Assembly (NCBI GenBank): GCA_964252035.1
Contig: OZ176216.1
Strand: one strand, 5' to 3'
Source: Podarcis erhardii
Taxonomy: Eukaryota
Length of the DNA stretch: 64,000 nucleotides
Made by a program: the position numbers and the translations under genes. Below, in pieces: positions 34,476 to 47,762 of the stretch (within the stretch, counting starts at the first letter, position 1; the number at the start of each line of letters is the position of its first letter). Under the pieces are notes generated by a model. That model was not told where the DNA came from and ran no database searches. It saw only the letters and a program-made list of their open reading frames with translations.

Positions 34476-35191
34476 ATATGTGAAGAAAAAGGAGCAATGA
34501 TAATTATGGCCAGCATGTTACAGGACGTATTAACCTGTTTTGAGGGGAAAATAATATTTGGACTCTTGCTACCTGTTGCTTCCTGGTTGAAATTTGCAGA
34601 TTGTCAGTTGTCATTTCAGGTGTTGCTGAGCAAGGAGCCTGTATTTACTATGGGTTGTCCCCCCCCCCTTAAAAGTGAGCTGCAGTTCATCCCTGCTCTC
34701 TTGACAAACATCTCTGTCCGATATGAAAGTTCACACCTGAACGTCACATTTACATCTTAGGTGAACACTTAAAATAAGCAAATAAGCAAGGAGCTTAAAA
34801 AAATAAAAAGTAATGTGTGAGGAGGATATAATAGCTATTGGTTTTGATGACTATAGGAAGCCACCAATTCTAGAGGCAGTATATCTTGAAATAACGGGTG
34901 CTGGGGAGGAACCATGGGGGAAAGTTGTGGCATTCAGGCCCAGCATGTGGGATTCCCAGAGGCATCTGCTGGACCTTTTGGCTAGAGGGCTGCTCTTTAT
35001 GTTCTGGAGAGGCCAGAGGAATTGCTGGGTCCAGAACTTTGCTATTGCCTTGGAGAGTCTCTGTCTCAAGTGATAGGCCCTGACTGCAGAAGGGCATCAC
35101 GAGCCCTCTTCAGGAGTCTGTATGGAAATATTACACCTTTGCAACATTCCCCCCCCCTCCCAATTTTCTCTTCTCTCTTTGCCTCCCTTAG

Positions 35192-35314
35192 GTACAGAGC
35201 CCTGGTCTTTCTACTTCATAAATGGCTTTCTGAACTTCAACGTGGCCTTTGTGCTGGCACTCCTGGCCTTACCCCTGACTTCCCTCATGGAAAGTCTGCT
35301 GCAGAAATTTCATG
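35192..35314 (+). CDS. ALG9: ALG9 exon 9
   Basis: TEPWSFYFINGFLNFNVAFVLALLALPLTSLMESLLQKFH-G|GTGAGT. Confidence 0.96.
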
Positions 35315-37870
35315 GTGAGTGCTGCGGTGTGTTTTTGGGAGCTCAGCTAGAAGCTATGGTATGACTGTCAGGCGACAGCTTGCTTGCAAGCGCAACTTCA
35401 TTAGGTGGAATTGGCCAAATCCTTCCTGACTGCAAGTGTTCAGAGCAGCCACAGAAGGACAGGGCAGTCAGGGAACCTCAGGCGGAATTTTGTGTGCCGA
35501 GAACCTGCTATTACCCGCCACAAAAAATTGAAGTAGGATTCTAGCCCTTATGATCGCCAGAAAAGCATTAGAAGAGGTGGCTTTTGCTGGAATCCTGGAA
35601 GTCCAAGTGGAGCTTGAGCAGGACTTTCCAAAGGCTGGGGAGCAGGAACTTTGATGTCTGCCTGCAACTCCTTGTATCTTCTTCTTTGGCTAGTGCTGGT
35701 GGCTGTTACTCACCTTAGAAGCTTTTTGTTAAATTTAAAAGCAGAGTATAAGTACTTAACATGAATGAAGTGTGCCTTGCTTATGCAACCTCGCTGCTTT
35801 CTGTTTTCTTCTCCCCCCATTCTGAAATTCTTGTTCTGTATGTCAGTGGCTATGTGCAATCAAAGGGCACCAGTTCTCCAATCAGGACTGCTTTTTTTAA
35901 AAAAGCATCAAGCCTGCCTCCACAACCCCTGCCTGGTCCCCTACTGCCCTGATGCCTCAGAAATGTTTATTTTACTTTTTTTAAAAAATAATTTCTTTGC
36001 TAGCTGCAGGCTTGCTTATCCAGTATTTATAGAAGTTAAACAACTTGCAAATGGCAGCAGCCCAGCTTTGCCACAGGGCAGACACGCAAGTTCCTTCTTT
36101 GCACATTTTAGTTTTGAAAAACACCACGAGGATAGAGGAACTCAAAACATACCCCAGCCTGGTCTTCCACAGGGGTGGGCTGGCTTCACTCTGCTGTGGC
36201 CCAATGTATTTATTTGTTACTAGCATCCCTGGAGGTCACTGATGTGAGTGAATTTTTAAAGGATCTCTAAATGGTTAAGGCGTAACTTGTTCCTGCTAGG
36301 TGTTCCTGAGAAGGCTCACCTGCTTAACAGCACAAGGAGTGCTATTCTGGATCAGACCAAGCTCTGAAAAACTCCAGCATTCTTTGTTTTGAAACAAACA
36401 AACAAAAAAATCCTAGAAACCAGAGGGGCACTGGGGAGGGGCGTGTCTGCCAGATACTAACCAGCGGTCCACTGGTGGACCATGTTTGTCTTTCTGTCTT
36501 GCCCATCTCTGAAATGAAGGCTTGTACTTCCAGGGATGTCCACTAGAGTGCACTAAGCGCTCACGTTTTGCAGAGGGCACCGCATGCACTGTGGGAAACA
36601 TAAAGGCCTCTTGCCAGCCAAGCCCAGTAGTGGAGGCTGCTGTAACTACCCATTTCATGCCTTTCTGCTTAGCAGATTGTGTCCCGAAGCGGCGGCAGGG
36701 GGGGTCCCTTCAGTTGCATGTCTTGTTCTCACGGGCTTTGTGAAGCGCTGTGCAGTCCTGATTTGCTTTAACACCCCAAGCTTTTCCTTTTGGGGGCAAT
36801 TCAGGATTTTGACATATATTGAGCTGCCTCTGCAGCCCTTGCAAATTGAAGTAATTGCTGTTACTTCCAAATAAATGACTTCCTGCTTCATTCGAGGGGA
36901 GACAAGGGAGGTGGTGCCTTGGTTTTGTTTTCCTTCAAGAGAGAGAATGTGCGTTCAGAGTTCTCGGTGTACTCTGTTGCTGCCGTAACAAAGCGTTGGA
37001 GGTTTTAGAAGTGCCCGCCCCTAAGCAAGCACATTTTTCTTTCAACATCTTAGGCTCCTTAGAATTCCCCCTTGGATGAACTTCTACAACACCTACCAGG
37101 TAGCTGGTAAATCAAAGACTGTTCTCGTTTTTCCTATCGCTCTGCTTATAAGCCTGGGGGAAAGTATTTATTTGTGAAATTTGAGGTATATGCATTAATC
37201 AGATACCTTTGCCCAAGATCGGGTGGCTTTGAGATGTATTTAATAGCTGTGTACCAGGCACTTCCACTGGCACAGAGGAGAAATGGCAGAAGCCCCTGTA
37301 CCTATGCAGCTCAGGGTTCACATCGAAGTTCCATAAAGCAAGCTCCATAAAGCTGGGTCATGCCTGATGATAAGGATGCAAGAGGGGCATTGCTGGATTA
37401 GGCCAAGGGTTTCCTTAGCCCAGTTTTCCATTTCTAGCAGCAGCCAGATGGATGCTCATAAACAGAGCATGAAGGAGTGGTCCTCCCCTGCCAGTGGTGG
37501 TCTTCAGAGTTACAGTGCCTTCATGTGTGACTGTGTATACCTCTAAAGCACATTCATTATTTCCCTAAAAGAATTATGGGCACCCTCCCAGAGTTACAAT
37601 TCCCAGCAACCCTTAACATATTACATTTCCCAGAATTCTTTGAGGGAGAAAACATTCATCAAATGTGCTTTAAAGGCATAGTGTGTACGCAGCCTATGAA
37701 GCCCGCATCAGATTTCCCCACCCAAAAGCCCAACAGAGAGCTGAAATAAACAGCAAAGTGCTGCATTCCAAGATAAGGGTGTGGTGGGGTCCTGAACCAA
37801 ATGCCTTGGTTGTCCCTGAGCCTCTCCCATTCTGGAGCTAAACCCCCCCTTTTTTTTTTGTTTCTTCCAG

Positions 37871-38025
37871 TTCAGAATCTGGGACGGCCTTACTGGCTGA
37901 CGCTTTCTCCCATGTACATCTGGATCCTGATTTTCTTCAGCCAGCCTCACAAAGAAGAGAGGTTTCTGTATCCCATCTACCCCCTCATTTGCCTATGTGG
38001 TGCTGTAGGACTCTCTGCCCTTCAG
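37871..38025 (+). CDS. ALG9: ALG9 exon 10
   Basis: QNLGRPYWLTLSPMYIW..QPHKEERFLYPIYPLICLCGAVGLSALQ|GTGCGT. Confidence 0.96.
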
Positions 38026-38689
38026 GTGCGTTTGGGGGTGGCGATGGCTGAGTGTGGGTGCAGGTGGAGAGGGCCCACACCTAAGCAAAGCCATGTTCAT
38101 GCTAGGTGGTTCCCCCTTCACCACATTGCTCTGAGTTCCCTACTTGACACATGAGCTTTCCATGTATCCTCAAGAGTTGGCATGAAGCAATAGTAAAAGA
38201 GAGAGAGAGAGGTTTGCAGGAATCTGTACTATCCAGGAACACACAAGGAGCCTTTTTCTTCCTGTGGTCCCAGCTGCAAACAGGAGTCCTGGGCTGGGAG
38301 CTCTCAAAATTGGTCTGGGGTTGTGCCAAAAAAAAGTATAAAAGTGGGTAGCTGGCACCAAAATAAGTCCACACTGTTGTCTCCCAGTGATGCTCCAGTG
38401 CAGCCTTTGCCAACCCAGTACCCTCCAGAGGTTTTGAGCCACAACTCCTTCAGCCCCAGTGGCCAGGGATGATGGCAACATAAGGAGAGCGCCAGCTGCA
38501 CCATCCCATTCCACTTTGTATTTCCCGAACTTGTGCAGAAATATAATCTTATGGAAAGGCTGTTAGAGGCTTCTTTGCAGCAGCCACCATCTTCCTCCAC
38601 TGGGTTATTGAAATGAGCTCTATTCCCCCCTCCCCTTGTTGTAGTCTAAATGACATTCATATTTTGCTTTTCTCTCTTCCCTTCCTTAG

Positions 38690-38819
38690 AAATGTTACCA
38701 CTTCATATTTCAACGTTACCGCCTGGAGCACTACACGGTCTCTTCAAACTGGCTGGCCCTGGGGACCATCTTTGTCTTTGGGCTCCTGTCCTTGTCGCGC
38801 TCCGTAGCTTTGTTCAGAG
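38690..38819 (+). CDS. ALG9: ALG9 exon 11
   Basis: KCYHFIFQRYRLEHYTVSSNWLALG..SRSVALFR-G|GTGGGT. Confidence 0.95.
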
Positions 38820-39756
38820 GTGGGTTCTGGAGAGGCTGCCCTGCTGCTTATTAGTCCCAGGTGGACAAACAAACATCGTAATGCATTTCAGAGGTAGCTT
38901 ACTCCTCCCTTATCCAGAAACCATGGAGCAGGAGACACCTGACCATCAGCATGCCATCTGCGGAGAATGGCATTCTTGGTAGCTGAATCACAACTTTGGA
39001 ATTCCCATTTGCCCAAAGTCTGAGCCTAGTCATCTTCTGGGAGTCTTTCAGGCCTTTTGGTCTGTGCTGGTGGTTAATATTGGTGGTATCCATGGGATTT
39101 TAACAACTCTTGATTCTTTCTCTCCTGCCCCTTTTGCTTCTCTCCTGATTTAAGGATACTGTGTGCTACCCAGAGCCTTTGGGATTTAATGTAAAATCCT
39201 TCAGATGTCTTCTGAAATTGGGTAGCTAACCTAGGATGCTTAGCAAAGCACATACAGGAGTCCCTTTTGAAGTTAAGAGGCCTTATCATAAGAGCTGGTG
39301 TGGCATAGTGGCTAAGAAACTGAGGAAGTCCCTGGTTTAGATATTGTCTCTGGCATTTCAAGTAAGACTGGGAGAGTCTTGACTTCTGACTGAATGTTGG
39401 AGAGCCACTGCTGGTCTGAGCCTGTTGGACTCTGACTCCCATCAGCCCCAGTCACCATTACCAATGGTCAGAGATGCTGGGTGGTATAGTCCAATATTTG
39501 GAGTTCCAGGGGTTTTCTATCCCTAGTAGATAAGATGCTGAGCTATATGGGCTGGTGGCTTGGCTCCTTACAAGGCAGTTTCCAAAGTGTAAATTTCTGG
39601 TTCTCTTTGGTGAGTGCAAGGGAAGGGCATTTTCGCAGTTCATCATAGCTCAGGGAAGCTCATGCTGACTTGAAGGGGTTCCTAAAATTGTTTAGGCACA
39701 AAGGCACAGCCAAATCTTCTTCCTTTTTTTTCACTTGCAGTGTCTCTTCCTCTTAG

Positions 39757-39904
39757 GTTACCATGGGCCCCTTGACCTGTACCCAGAATTCCACAGAATC
39801 GCCACTGATCCCACAATCCACACTGTGCCAGAGGGGAGGCCGGTTCACGTTTGTGTGGGGAAGGAATGGCACCGTTTCCCCAGCAGCTTCCTCCTGCCAG
39901 ATAA
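39757..39904 (+). CDS. ALG9: ALG9 exon 12
   Basis: YHGPLDLYPEFHRIATDPTIHTVPEGRPVHVCVGKEWHRFPSSFLLPD-AA|GTAAGT. Confidence 0.96.
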
Positions 39905-40206
39905 GTAAGTCAAGACACAAACAGGGTTTATCCCACAAGGATGCAGGTGCTGTTCATCACAAGAGATAACCAATTAGAGCATAGAGCAGGAGTAAATAGT
40001 TGGGTGGACCAGTGTCCATGCCAGCTGCTCAACACTGTCAGCCTTCCAGGTCATTTATGCCCCATCTTCCTTCAAAAGCGCATGAGGTGGCTTATACAAA
40101 ATTAATGCAGCACAAGATAAAAGTAAAACCTAAAAACGAGAAAATGCTGCTTAGAAACAAAAGCAAACTAACTAGCCAAACCAGCATCAGTTAAAAACAA
40201 ACAAGC

Positions 40207-40362
40207 AGCAGTTTCCCCTCTGAATTCCCGGTGCTGGGAATCGCAGGAGGGGAGAATGCTGCTGCTATGCTCATGTCTTGCTTGAGAGTTTCCCATGGGG
40301 ATCTGGTTGGTCACTGGACTAGATCTTTGTCCTAATCCAGCAGAGCTCTTTTTACATTCTCA
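40207..40362 (+). mobile_element. CR1 LINE 3' fragment
   Basis: atctggttggtcactggactaga..cctaatccagcagagctctttttacattct. Confidence 0.5.
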
Positions 40363-41990
40363 GTTTTCAAAGTAGATCACACAGCAACAGAAGACTGAGG
40401 ACCATCGAACAATGTCCTCCTCTGGCTCCCAGGTTTGCCAGCTTTTAACTAAGGTTGCCTCTTAACCAAGATTTGAAACCAGGATCTGCTGCTGTTTTCC
40501 ATAGTTTGAGAGAGAAGCTCATTAGCAGCTGCAGTGGCCAAGTTCCCCCAGGCTCACCAATGGTGATGAGAACTGGGTTGCTTTTGGCCACTGCAGGAAT
40601 CAAAGGAAGGTGTTGAGGCCGGTGAGATGGAGAGAGTACCTGGACATTGTGACATAAACACTGGGCAGTGTTGTGTTGTGTTGAGGTTGCAATTTTGATG
40701 TGTTTTTGGTTTATTGCCAGGTTTAATTTTTCGAATGTTTCATTTTATTTTTTTACTAATATATTTATTGCTCAATTATTTTTGTAAACCGCTTTGAGCA
40801 TGTTTGTTTGTTACAATCAAGCAGTAAATAAATTTATGAAACAAGTAATTTTGCAGGACTGCAGCAAAAAAAATGCAGAATGTAGAATTAGGAGCAGAAT
40901 TCAGTTTCCTATAAAACCCACTTCAGGATTAAAAACCCCCACAAAGCAAGGTTTCTAGGTCTCATGGCTGCCGATAATACAAAGGGGACAGGAGCTTCTG
41001 TGAGGTGCTTGTTCCCCCCCTCATCTGCATCCATTATGCAAATAATTGCAGAAAATGACTTTTCAAAAGATGAGACATGATTCAGATTTGCTCAGGTAGT
41101 GCAGATGGCCAAATCCAGCTCCTACAGTAATGTACTTTGGTTTGGCTGAAGATAGAATTTCAAGTGGGATTTTTTTGGTTGGGTGTGTTGTGTGTGCTAC
41201 TGATTAGCACAGCTTTGCATTTAGCTTTTCATGGTGACACTGATGCTCACGTCAGGCTGCGCTTATGCCTGCCCCTTCAGCTTCAAACCGAGGCAGCTTT
41301 GCCTGCACAGACGTTACTGTAGCTGTAAATTCAAGGGTTTAATAACCTAACGGTACCTAGACCATAATGCGCCAGATGGATATCTCTCTCTCCCCCCCCC
41401 CCTTTAAAAAAAGAGAGAAAGAGAATGAGGCATTAAATCCCAACACCGTCACAAGGGATTGATGATTAAGAGGAACAAAACTCGCCCAAGACTACGTCAA
41501 AACTGCTGCAGCGCTGCAAGAGCTGGGATTAGCTCTGGCCTTGCCAGTGATTAGGGCTCAGGCAGCAGCCGAGGGCTGTGTTCTTGGAGTCACTGGAGCA
41601 TGAGTTAAGGAGCATCAAGGACAAAAAGGCTTTCTGGATCTCCTGCCCCACTGAAGCACCTTCTGCCAGGGTTGCTCTGACCCTGTTGCAGCAGACGGGC
41701 TCCGAATGATACCTGAGCTGCAAACTTTCTTGGCGCTTGTAGGCAAAATGTGAATTTAGCAAGGCTTTGTACCTACATGAGCCTGTTTGTATTCCTCTTT
41801 TCCTGACTCTGGCCTTTGTTCTCTTTGCACTCTCAGGAATGCTGCACGTTTCCCCCTATCACTGCCCCCCTCCAATGGCCTGTCACAACTGTAGCATTCC
41901 ATTTCCCCATGGTCTGCAGCCATCTGACGAGGGAAGCCCCTAGAATATGTAACATGAAGAGCAGTTAATGATAATGGGACTGTGAACATG

Positions 41991-42018
41991 CACACACACA
42001 CACACACACACACACACC
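41991..42018. repeat. (AC)n microsatellite
   Basis: Direct inspection. Confidence 0.9.
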
Positions 42019-42231
42019 CCACTCCCAAATCCTGATTCACCCATGAAGGAATCACAGGCACATCCTCATCCTGTGGCCTGCAGATTACGGTGAGCTGTTC
42101 TGTAGCGGACAGTTGGCAACCCCAAGCTGTGTTCACAGCCTTTGCCTTGCTGGGTTATTGCTGTGGCGTTTTGCTTGCAAGTTAAAAGCCCACAGGGTTT
42201 AATATCACCCCCTCCCTCTTACTCCCTGCAG

Positions 42232-42361
42232 TTGGCAGCTTCAGTTCATTCCATCAGAGTTCAGGGGCCAGTTGCCAAAACCATTTGCCAAGGGACCAAT
42301 GGCCACTCGCATCATTCCAACAGACATGAACGACCAAAACCAGGAAGAGCCCTCCAGATAC
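42232..42361 (+). CDS. ALG9: ALG9 exon 13
   Basis: WQLQFIPSEFRGQLPKPFAKGPMATRIIPTDMNDQNQEEPSRY|GTAAGT. Confidence 0.96.
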
Positions 42362-42870
42362 GTAAGTGGCATCTTCCCTCTCTCTCTCTCTGGTACCTTG
42401 GACAGGACACACTTGCTGTGCCCAACGGGAAACAGCACTCTTGATTTCTTTCAGGGCAGAACTTCTCTTTGGCATGTGGGGGATTCCTACGTACCTGTTT
42501 AAACATAAGCAGCCATAGCTGGGGGACGTCACTGCATTTGGACAAAGCTGTTTCCGTGATAAGTGCCTGGACACTCAAGTATTTTAAAAAAACAAAACGT
42601 AACTTCAGTCACCAAGTTGTCACAGGATACAAGCAGAACAGACACACCCAGGTCCTAAAAACATAAACTCTTATGCACAGTACAACCTGTGGCCCAAATG
42701 TGCATATGTGAGACAGCTGTAATGCAGAAAAGCATCCCAATTGTTGTTCTTCTACTGATGAGACAGGCAAGGAGATGTTGTCCCTGCAAAGAGTAGGAGT
42801 CCTAATGCTGTGTGAGCTGCATCCCTGTAGGAGATGGGAACCAACCCAAAATGTCCTCTCTCCCTTCCAG

Positions 42871-43001
42871 TTTGACATTTCCAAATGCCATTACCTGGTG
42901 GATTTAGACACTGCAACCGAAGCACCCAGGGAGCCACGGTATGCAGCCAACAGGGAAGAATGGATCAGTATCGCTTACAAGCCTTTCCTGGATAGTTCAA
43001 G
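42871..43001 (+). CDS. ALG9: ALG9 exon 14
   Basis: FDISKCHYLVDLD..PREPRY..EEWISIAYKPFLDSS-AG|GTAAG. Confidence 0.96.
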
Positions 43002-45833
43002 GTAAGATGCTGAAAAGCACAAGGGGAAAAGGAGGGCTATAGGGGGCGCATTCTGCCTAGTTAGGGATCTCTGCAAAACTCAATTCGGGAACTAGCATCT
43101 TTTGGGGAGGGAGGGATGGAAAAGTCGTTACCTGAAAAAGGGAGCAGTAGTCATGTCTGTGTGTGCATGTGTGTGCGCTCTTAATCTGCACAGGCAAACT
43201 GCACCTGCTCTGTCTACTCCTTATGACAGTGGTGTTTGGAATGGCAACAGCCTGCACTGCTGGTGGATTTTCAATAAAGTTTCCTTTTGGGATGACTTGG
43301 CCCAGGGTTTGAGTCATGCTAGAGGTCGGGAAGGAAGGAATTCCCCCCCAGCAGGGAGGACTGTTGGCGGCCAGCAGCACTCTTCTTCCTTCCTTCCCCC
43401 CTTTCCCTTGCAAGTGAGTTGTAGACTGCTAAAAAGATTACTGAGGTGTGAAGTTAATCACATCCCCTCACTTCTAAATTTGCATTTCCCCTGTGTCATC
43501 CTCTTCCTCTCGGCAACTGTTCTGGCTGAAGTTTTGCTCCCAAGTCTACTGGTCCGAGGGGGGCTCACCTTTCAGGAAAGATCTGCCAGCCTCATGAGAC
43601 ACTGAGGGTGGGATTTTGGGTCCCATGCAATCCTCTTCCCCTTCCAGCCTCACGTTGACGGCTGCGACATGTCTGGCTCCTCAGAAGTGTTCACCAGCTG
43701 TCTGGCTTCCCCAGCACTCCCCACGCTTTTCTCTTTATATATTTTAAAAGATAAGAGCATGATCGAGAATTGTTATTTTAAAAAAATAAATAAAAAGCTT
43801 GATGAGTGGGTGGAAGGGAAGCCAGCTCTGTGAGAATTTCCCCAAGGAAGGTGGCAGTGGGAGATGTGTTAATAGGTTACCAGCTTGCTGGAGCATCTCA
43901 ATTGGCAGCTCGGGGGGGGGGGTGGCAGGAAGAGGTTCAGCTGACTGTGCTGGCGACCCAGAGAGGCAGCATCCGAAGCAGCTGCTTCCATCCTTGGCCA
44001 CTTCTGCCAATACTGAATCTGAAGAAATTACATGGTGTTAAATATTCCATAGCTTGTGCAGCCTGGCAATAATTCTATGTGTGATGAAGTGGTATTTTTC
44101 ACTGTGGTTTGGCTTATTCATTCGCAAAACATATTTGTCTCACTGTCAATGCATATCTCCAGTGCTTTAGTTTCTGAAAAGAAAGATATCTGACCTTAAG
44201 TCTGCCCTCCTCACCTTGGGGAAATCCTTTCCTCAAATGTCAGATGTGTTTGTTCTGCACACGCCCAGAGGAAGTGTCACTTTCATTATTTTATATGTTC
44301 CAAAGGGAAATTGGGGGGGGTGTTAAAAACTGAAAAGTTACTGGGGCTCAGTCCTGGCATAAGTTTAATCCCTGAATATTCTAAGCAGCAAGCATGAATT
44401 GAAGCCCTGAGCCCTTTCCACTCCTTCCTTTTTATGGGAACCTGGTGGAAGACACTCCGTTGACTTGCCTGTAGCAGTGACAGCTGGTTACTGCTTGCTC
44501 CTGGTTCAGAGGGAGGAAGAGCGAGAGCCGGGGGCATGCTGGATTTTGGCAGCCTCTAGATCTGGCAGCTGCTCCGTCGATCCAAACATAGCGGTTCCAA
44601 AAAGAGAGAGTGGCGGGTGTGTGCAGGGGAATGGATCTGTTAATAGCTATTGGCTGTTTTCAGAGACTGGAATTTGACCGAGGAGATGGAGGGAGAGGGG
44701 AGGTCACGTGGCTGCTTGCAAACGGACTCGAACTTCTGGCTGGCTGCCCCTCTCTCAGCCCGGCTGACCTCCACTGCAGCGCAGCCAGCTGCCTAACTCC
44801 TGAACCCTCAAGGGGAGAATGTGGACTAACAACTGTCTGTTTCTCTGCCCCCCCTTTGTGGTCTCCAGGCACTGTGTAAATAAAAAACCACCGGCTTGAC
44901 CATGACCACTGCTCAGTGTTCTCAGGGAATTTCTCCATGGGTGGGCCTTAAGTTTAGCTGCTCCTGCTGCATTCTGTACCTGAGAGTGCCACAATTCTGC
45001 TCTTGAAACTATTTGTGTAAATGTAGTAATATAGCAGGGCTGTAGCTGAGATATGGGTTTTCAAGTAACATTTTGGGCTTGGAGGCTGGGGTAGGAGGGA
45101 CCAGTGCACAAACACAGGAGAGCCAGTGGGGGCTGCTGCTTTGGGCTGCCACTCTGCGCCTGCTGCCTGACGAATGCGTTTTATCTTTCTCACAACTACT
45201 GTTCCTCTTCTCTGGGAAACTGAATGACCCTGGCTGCTCGATTCATGCTTGCTGAACCAGAGGCTTCTGGGACACAAAGCGTCCCCCATTGACGTCAGCC
45301 AGTGCCGTGGTAACTCTCAGTTGGCTTTGATAAATGGTGCTGCTAATTGAATTAGAGAGCACTCAGAGCCATCGACTAATTATGCTACTCAGGCAGCAGC
45401 TTTGTCTGGGTCCATTTAATTCTGCATTGGCTGAGCGCTCCAGTTCTGGGGGAGGAAAGGGCAGGATGGATTAGGGATCCCAGCTGAGGCAGCAAAGGCA
45501 TGTGCCAGCACTTTTAAACCAAGGAGACCCTCCCCATTCCCCACCAGCCGCCTTAGCACTTCCCCACACCCTCAAGCATACAATAAGCTACCAGGGGCTT
45601 TAAGCAGGCCAGCCCTCCCTGTCAAATTCTTTTTTGTTCTCCTTTCCCTATAAGTGATGTTCAACTGCCCTTAATGTTCCAATTTTCCCCTGCATATCTA
45701 GGGAGTCTTAGAAACCCTCACTTTCTCTGTGGGTAGGCCTGTTTTGGTGCCTTCCCACCACCAAGTTTGCTATTAATAGCTAGCAATGTGTGTGTCATAC
45801 ATTTTATTTTCAAAAGCTTCCTTGGTTTTCCAG

Positions 45834-45957
45834 GTCCTCAAAGTTCTTTCGGGCCTTCTACATCCCCTTCCTGTCCCACCAGCACACAACGTACATGAAC
45901 TATACCATCCTGAAGCCTCGGCGCTTCAAGCAAGCCAGGAAGAAAGCTGGAGGCTAG
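45834..45957 (+). CDS. ALG9: ALG9 exon 15 (to stop; ORF track shows the wrong frame)
   Basis: CAG|G-SSKFFRAFYIPFLSHQHTTYMNYTILKPRRFKQARKKAGG*; human SSKLLRAFYVPFLS..NYTILKPRKAKQIRKKSGG; total 608 aa. Confidence 0.95.
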
Positions 45958-46835
45958 CTCGAGCCTCTGGCGATCCAACGAGAACCGGCCGAAGATGCTG
46001 GCTTCTTCTTCAGGTGTCTCAATCCCACCTGCCCACTCCCATTTTTTGTAAGAGTGGCAGTGGCAGTGGCTGTGGTGGGTGGGTAGGGAAATGCTTGGGA
46101 AGGTTTCCCTTTTTTGGCTGGCTGTGCTGCAATATTACTGACCACCTGATCTGCCATTGTTTGGGGGCTCTGCTTCGCTTTCAGGAACTCCTGGAAAGTA
46201 TGAGCAAGGCGTCATCTTGCTGAGGAGTCAACAGGAGCAAAAATCTTGGTTTGTGCGAACGTTTACCAAGTTTCTGGCTGAGAGGTAGCCTGGGGCTGCT
46301 GTGGGTCTTTCAGTATTTCCCCTCCACCACAGAACATCTCGCCAACCCCGGAGGGAAGTTTTTATTTTGGGAGGGGGGTGTATGTGTGTGTCTTAAGAGG
46401 CCTTTTGGAGAGAGAAAACAGCCTCACCAGCAGGAATGCACAACGCTCCCTGGTGGGTCTTCAGGGGAAAAGGCCCTCCTTGACTCAGATGGAGCAGAAA
46501 TAACTTGCACTTTCGAGAACTGTGACTCTGTTAATTACATAATTTAGTGAAACATCGACTTGTGCGTGAGTGGGTTTTATTTTAAAAACCTCCATTGTCT
46601 GTCTTGTCAGCTGCTGCCAAAACACGGGTTTGTGTAGGGTGCTTTTTTGTTTTAAGTTTCCTTTCACCCACCTCTACATTCTAGCTTCTTTGTGAAATGT
46701 CTGGCTTTGTAATGTTTCCAAATTTACTAAAGTGCAGAAGGGGGGTCTCCTCCTCACTGCACACCTTTCGCTGTGGAATACAGTGGCTTCTCATTCAGTC
46801 TGCACTGTATGTACTATGAAACTGTGTCATTAGTG

Positions 46836-46841
46836 ATTAAA
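46836..46841 (+). terminator. ALG9: Candidate ALG9 polyadenylation signal
   Basis: ATTAAA preceded by TGTA elements and followed by GT-rich sequence; first canonical AATAAA outside the L1 is at 49459. Confidence 0.4.
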
Positions 46842-47762
46842 AATTAGGCTTGTACCCCCCCCAAATGCAGTTTTAGGTGTGGAAGGAAAGTGTGTGTGTT
46901 GGTCTCTCTCTGTCTTTCATGCACCCAAAGCTCCAGTCTAACTGCATCATCCACAGCCTCAAAAGTAGATGAGAAAAGTGCTGACGACATGTGAGAGCAA
47001 CAGGTGATTTATTTCATGACGGGAAGGCCAAGGTCTCCCTTCTGAGGCTAGAGCTGACATTTTAAGCATCCAATGAGACTATCCTTCACCATGTACAGCT
47101 AATGCATCTAGCCGGGGGCCCTGAAGAAGTGGGAGGCAGCAGATGATTTTTCACCCTAAACTTACGCATGTTAAAAAAAAATCACAAAACATGTTATTCT
47201 GAAGAAATGTTTGAGGAAGCCAGTCCCAGAAGCAAATGAGTTGATTTTGGTCACTTGACCTTGTTCACCTGAATTGTAAGGAAGAAAATGCAGCCGCTAA
47301 GTTTTTCCACAAAAGATAACGTAACTAAATATTTCACATGGGAGCAGGGCTGCAGGCTGAAGATTCATTGCCACCAGGGTGGCCAGAAGTGGGATTGAAT
47401 GAACATCTCCACCCCAACACCGGAACAACACACAGAGGTTGCGAATCTGGAAAACCGTCGCATCATCCTCACAGGAAGGGCAGGAGATGTGGCTGGGCAA
47501 AGCTGTGAAGAGGAGAAGAGAAAGGGTTGTGTCAGAAACAGACTTAAGGAGAGCTGCTAGCCTCTCCCTCCACAGCTGAGTTGGTCCCTATTTGGAAACA
47601 GCAGAGGCTGCCTGGGATCTCCAGTGTGGCCTGATTCAGAATCTGGTGATTTTTTCCCCCTTTTAACATACTTTAGAGAAGAAATAGGAGAGTGCTGGTC
47701 CCATTTAAACACTGTACTTGCTGATTGCCCTTTTAGTCCTTCTAAACAGCACTGGCTTCTCT

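Noticed and set aside
43002-43800. Immediate stop (AG|GTAA) after ALG9 exon 14 plus an intronic AATAAA, suggesting a truncated isoform
   Set aside because: GTAA donors often create stops, and AATAAA in A-rich DNA is frequent; no further support
45786-46223. 145-aa plus-strand ORF
   Set aside because: Out-of-frame reading of ALG9 exon 15 and its 3' UTR
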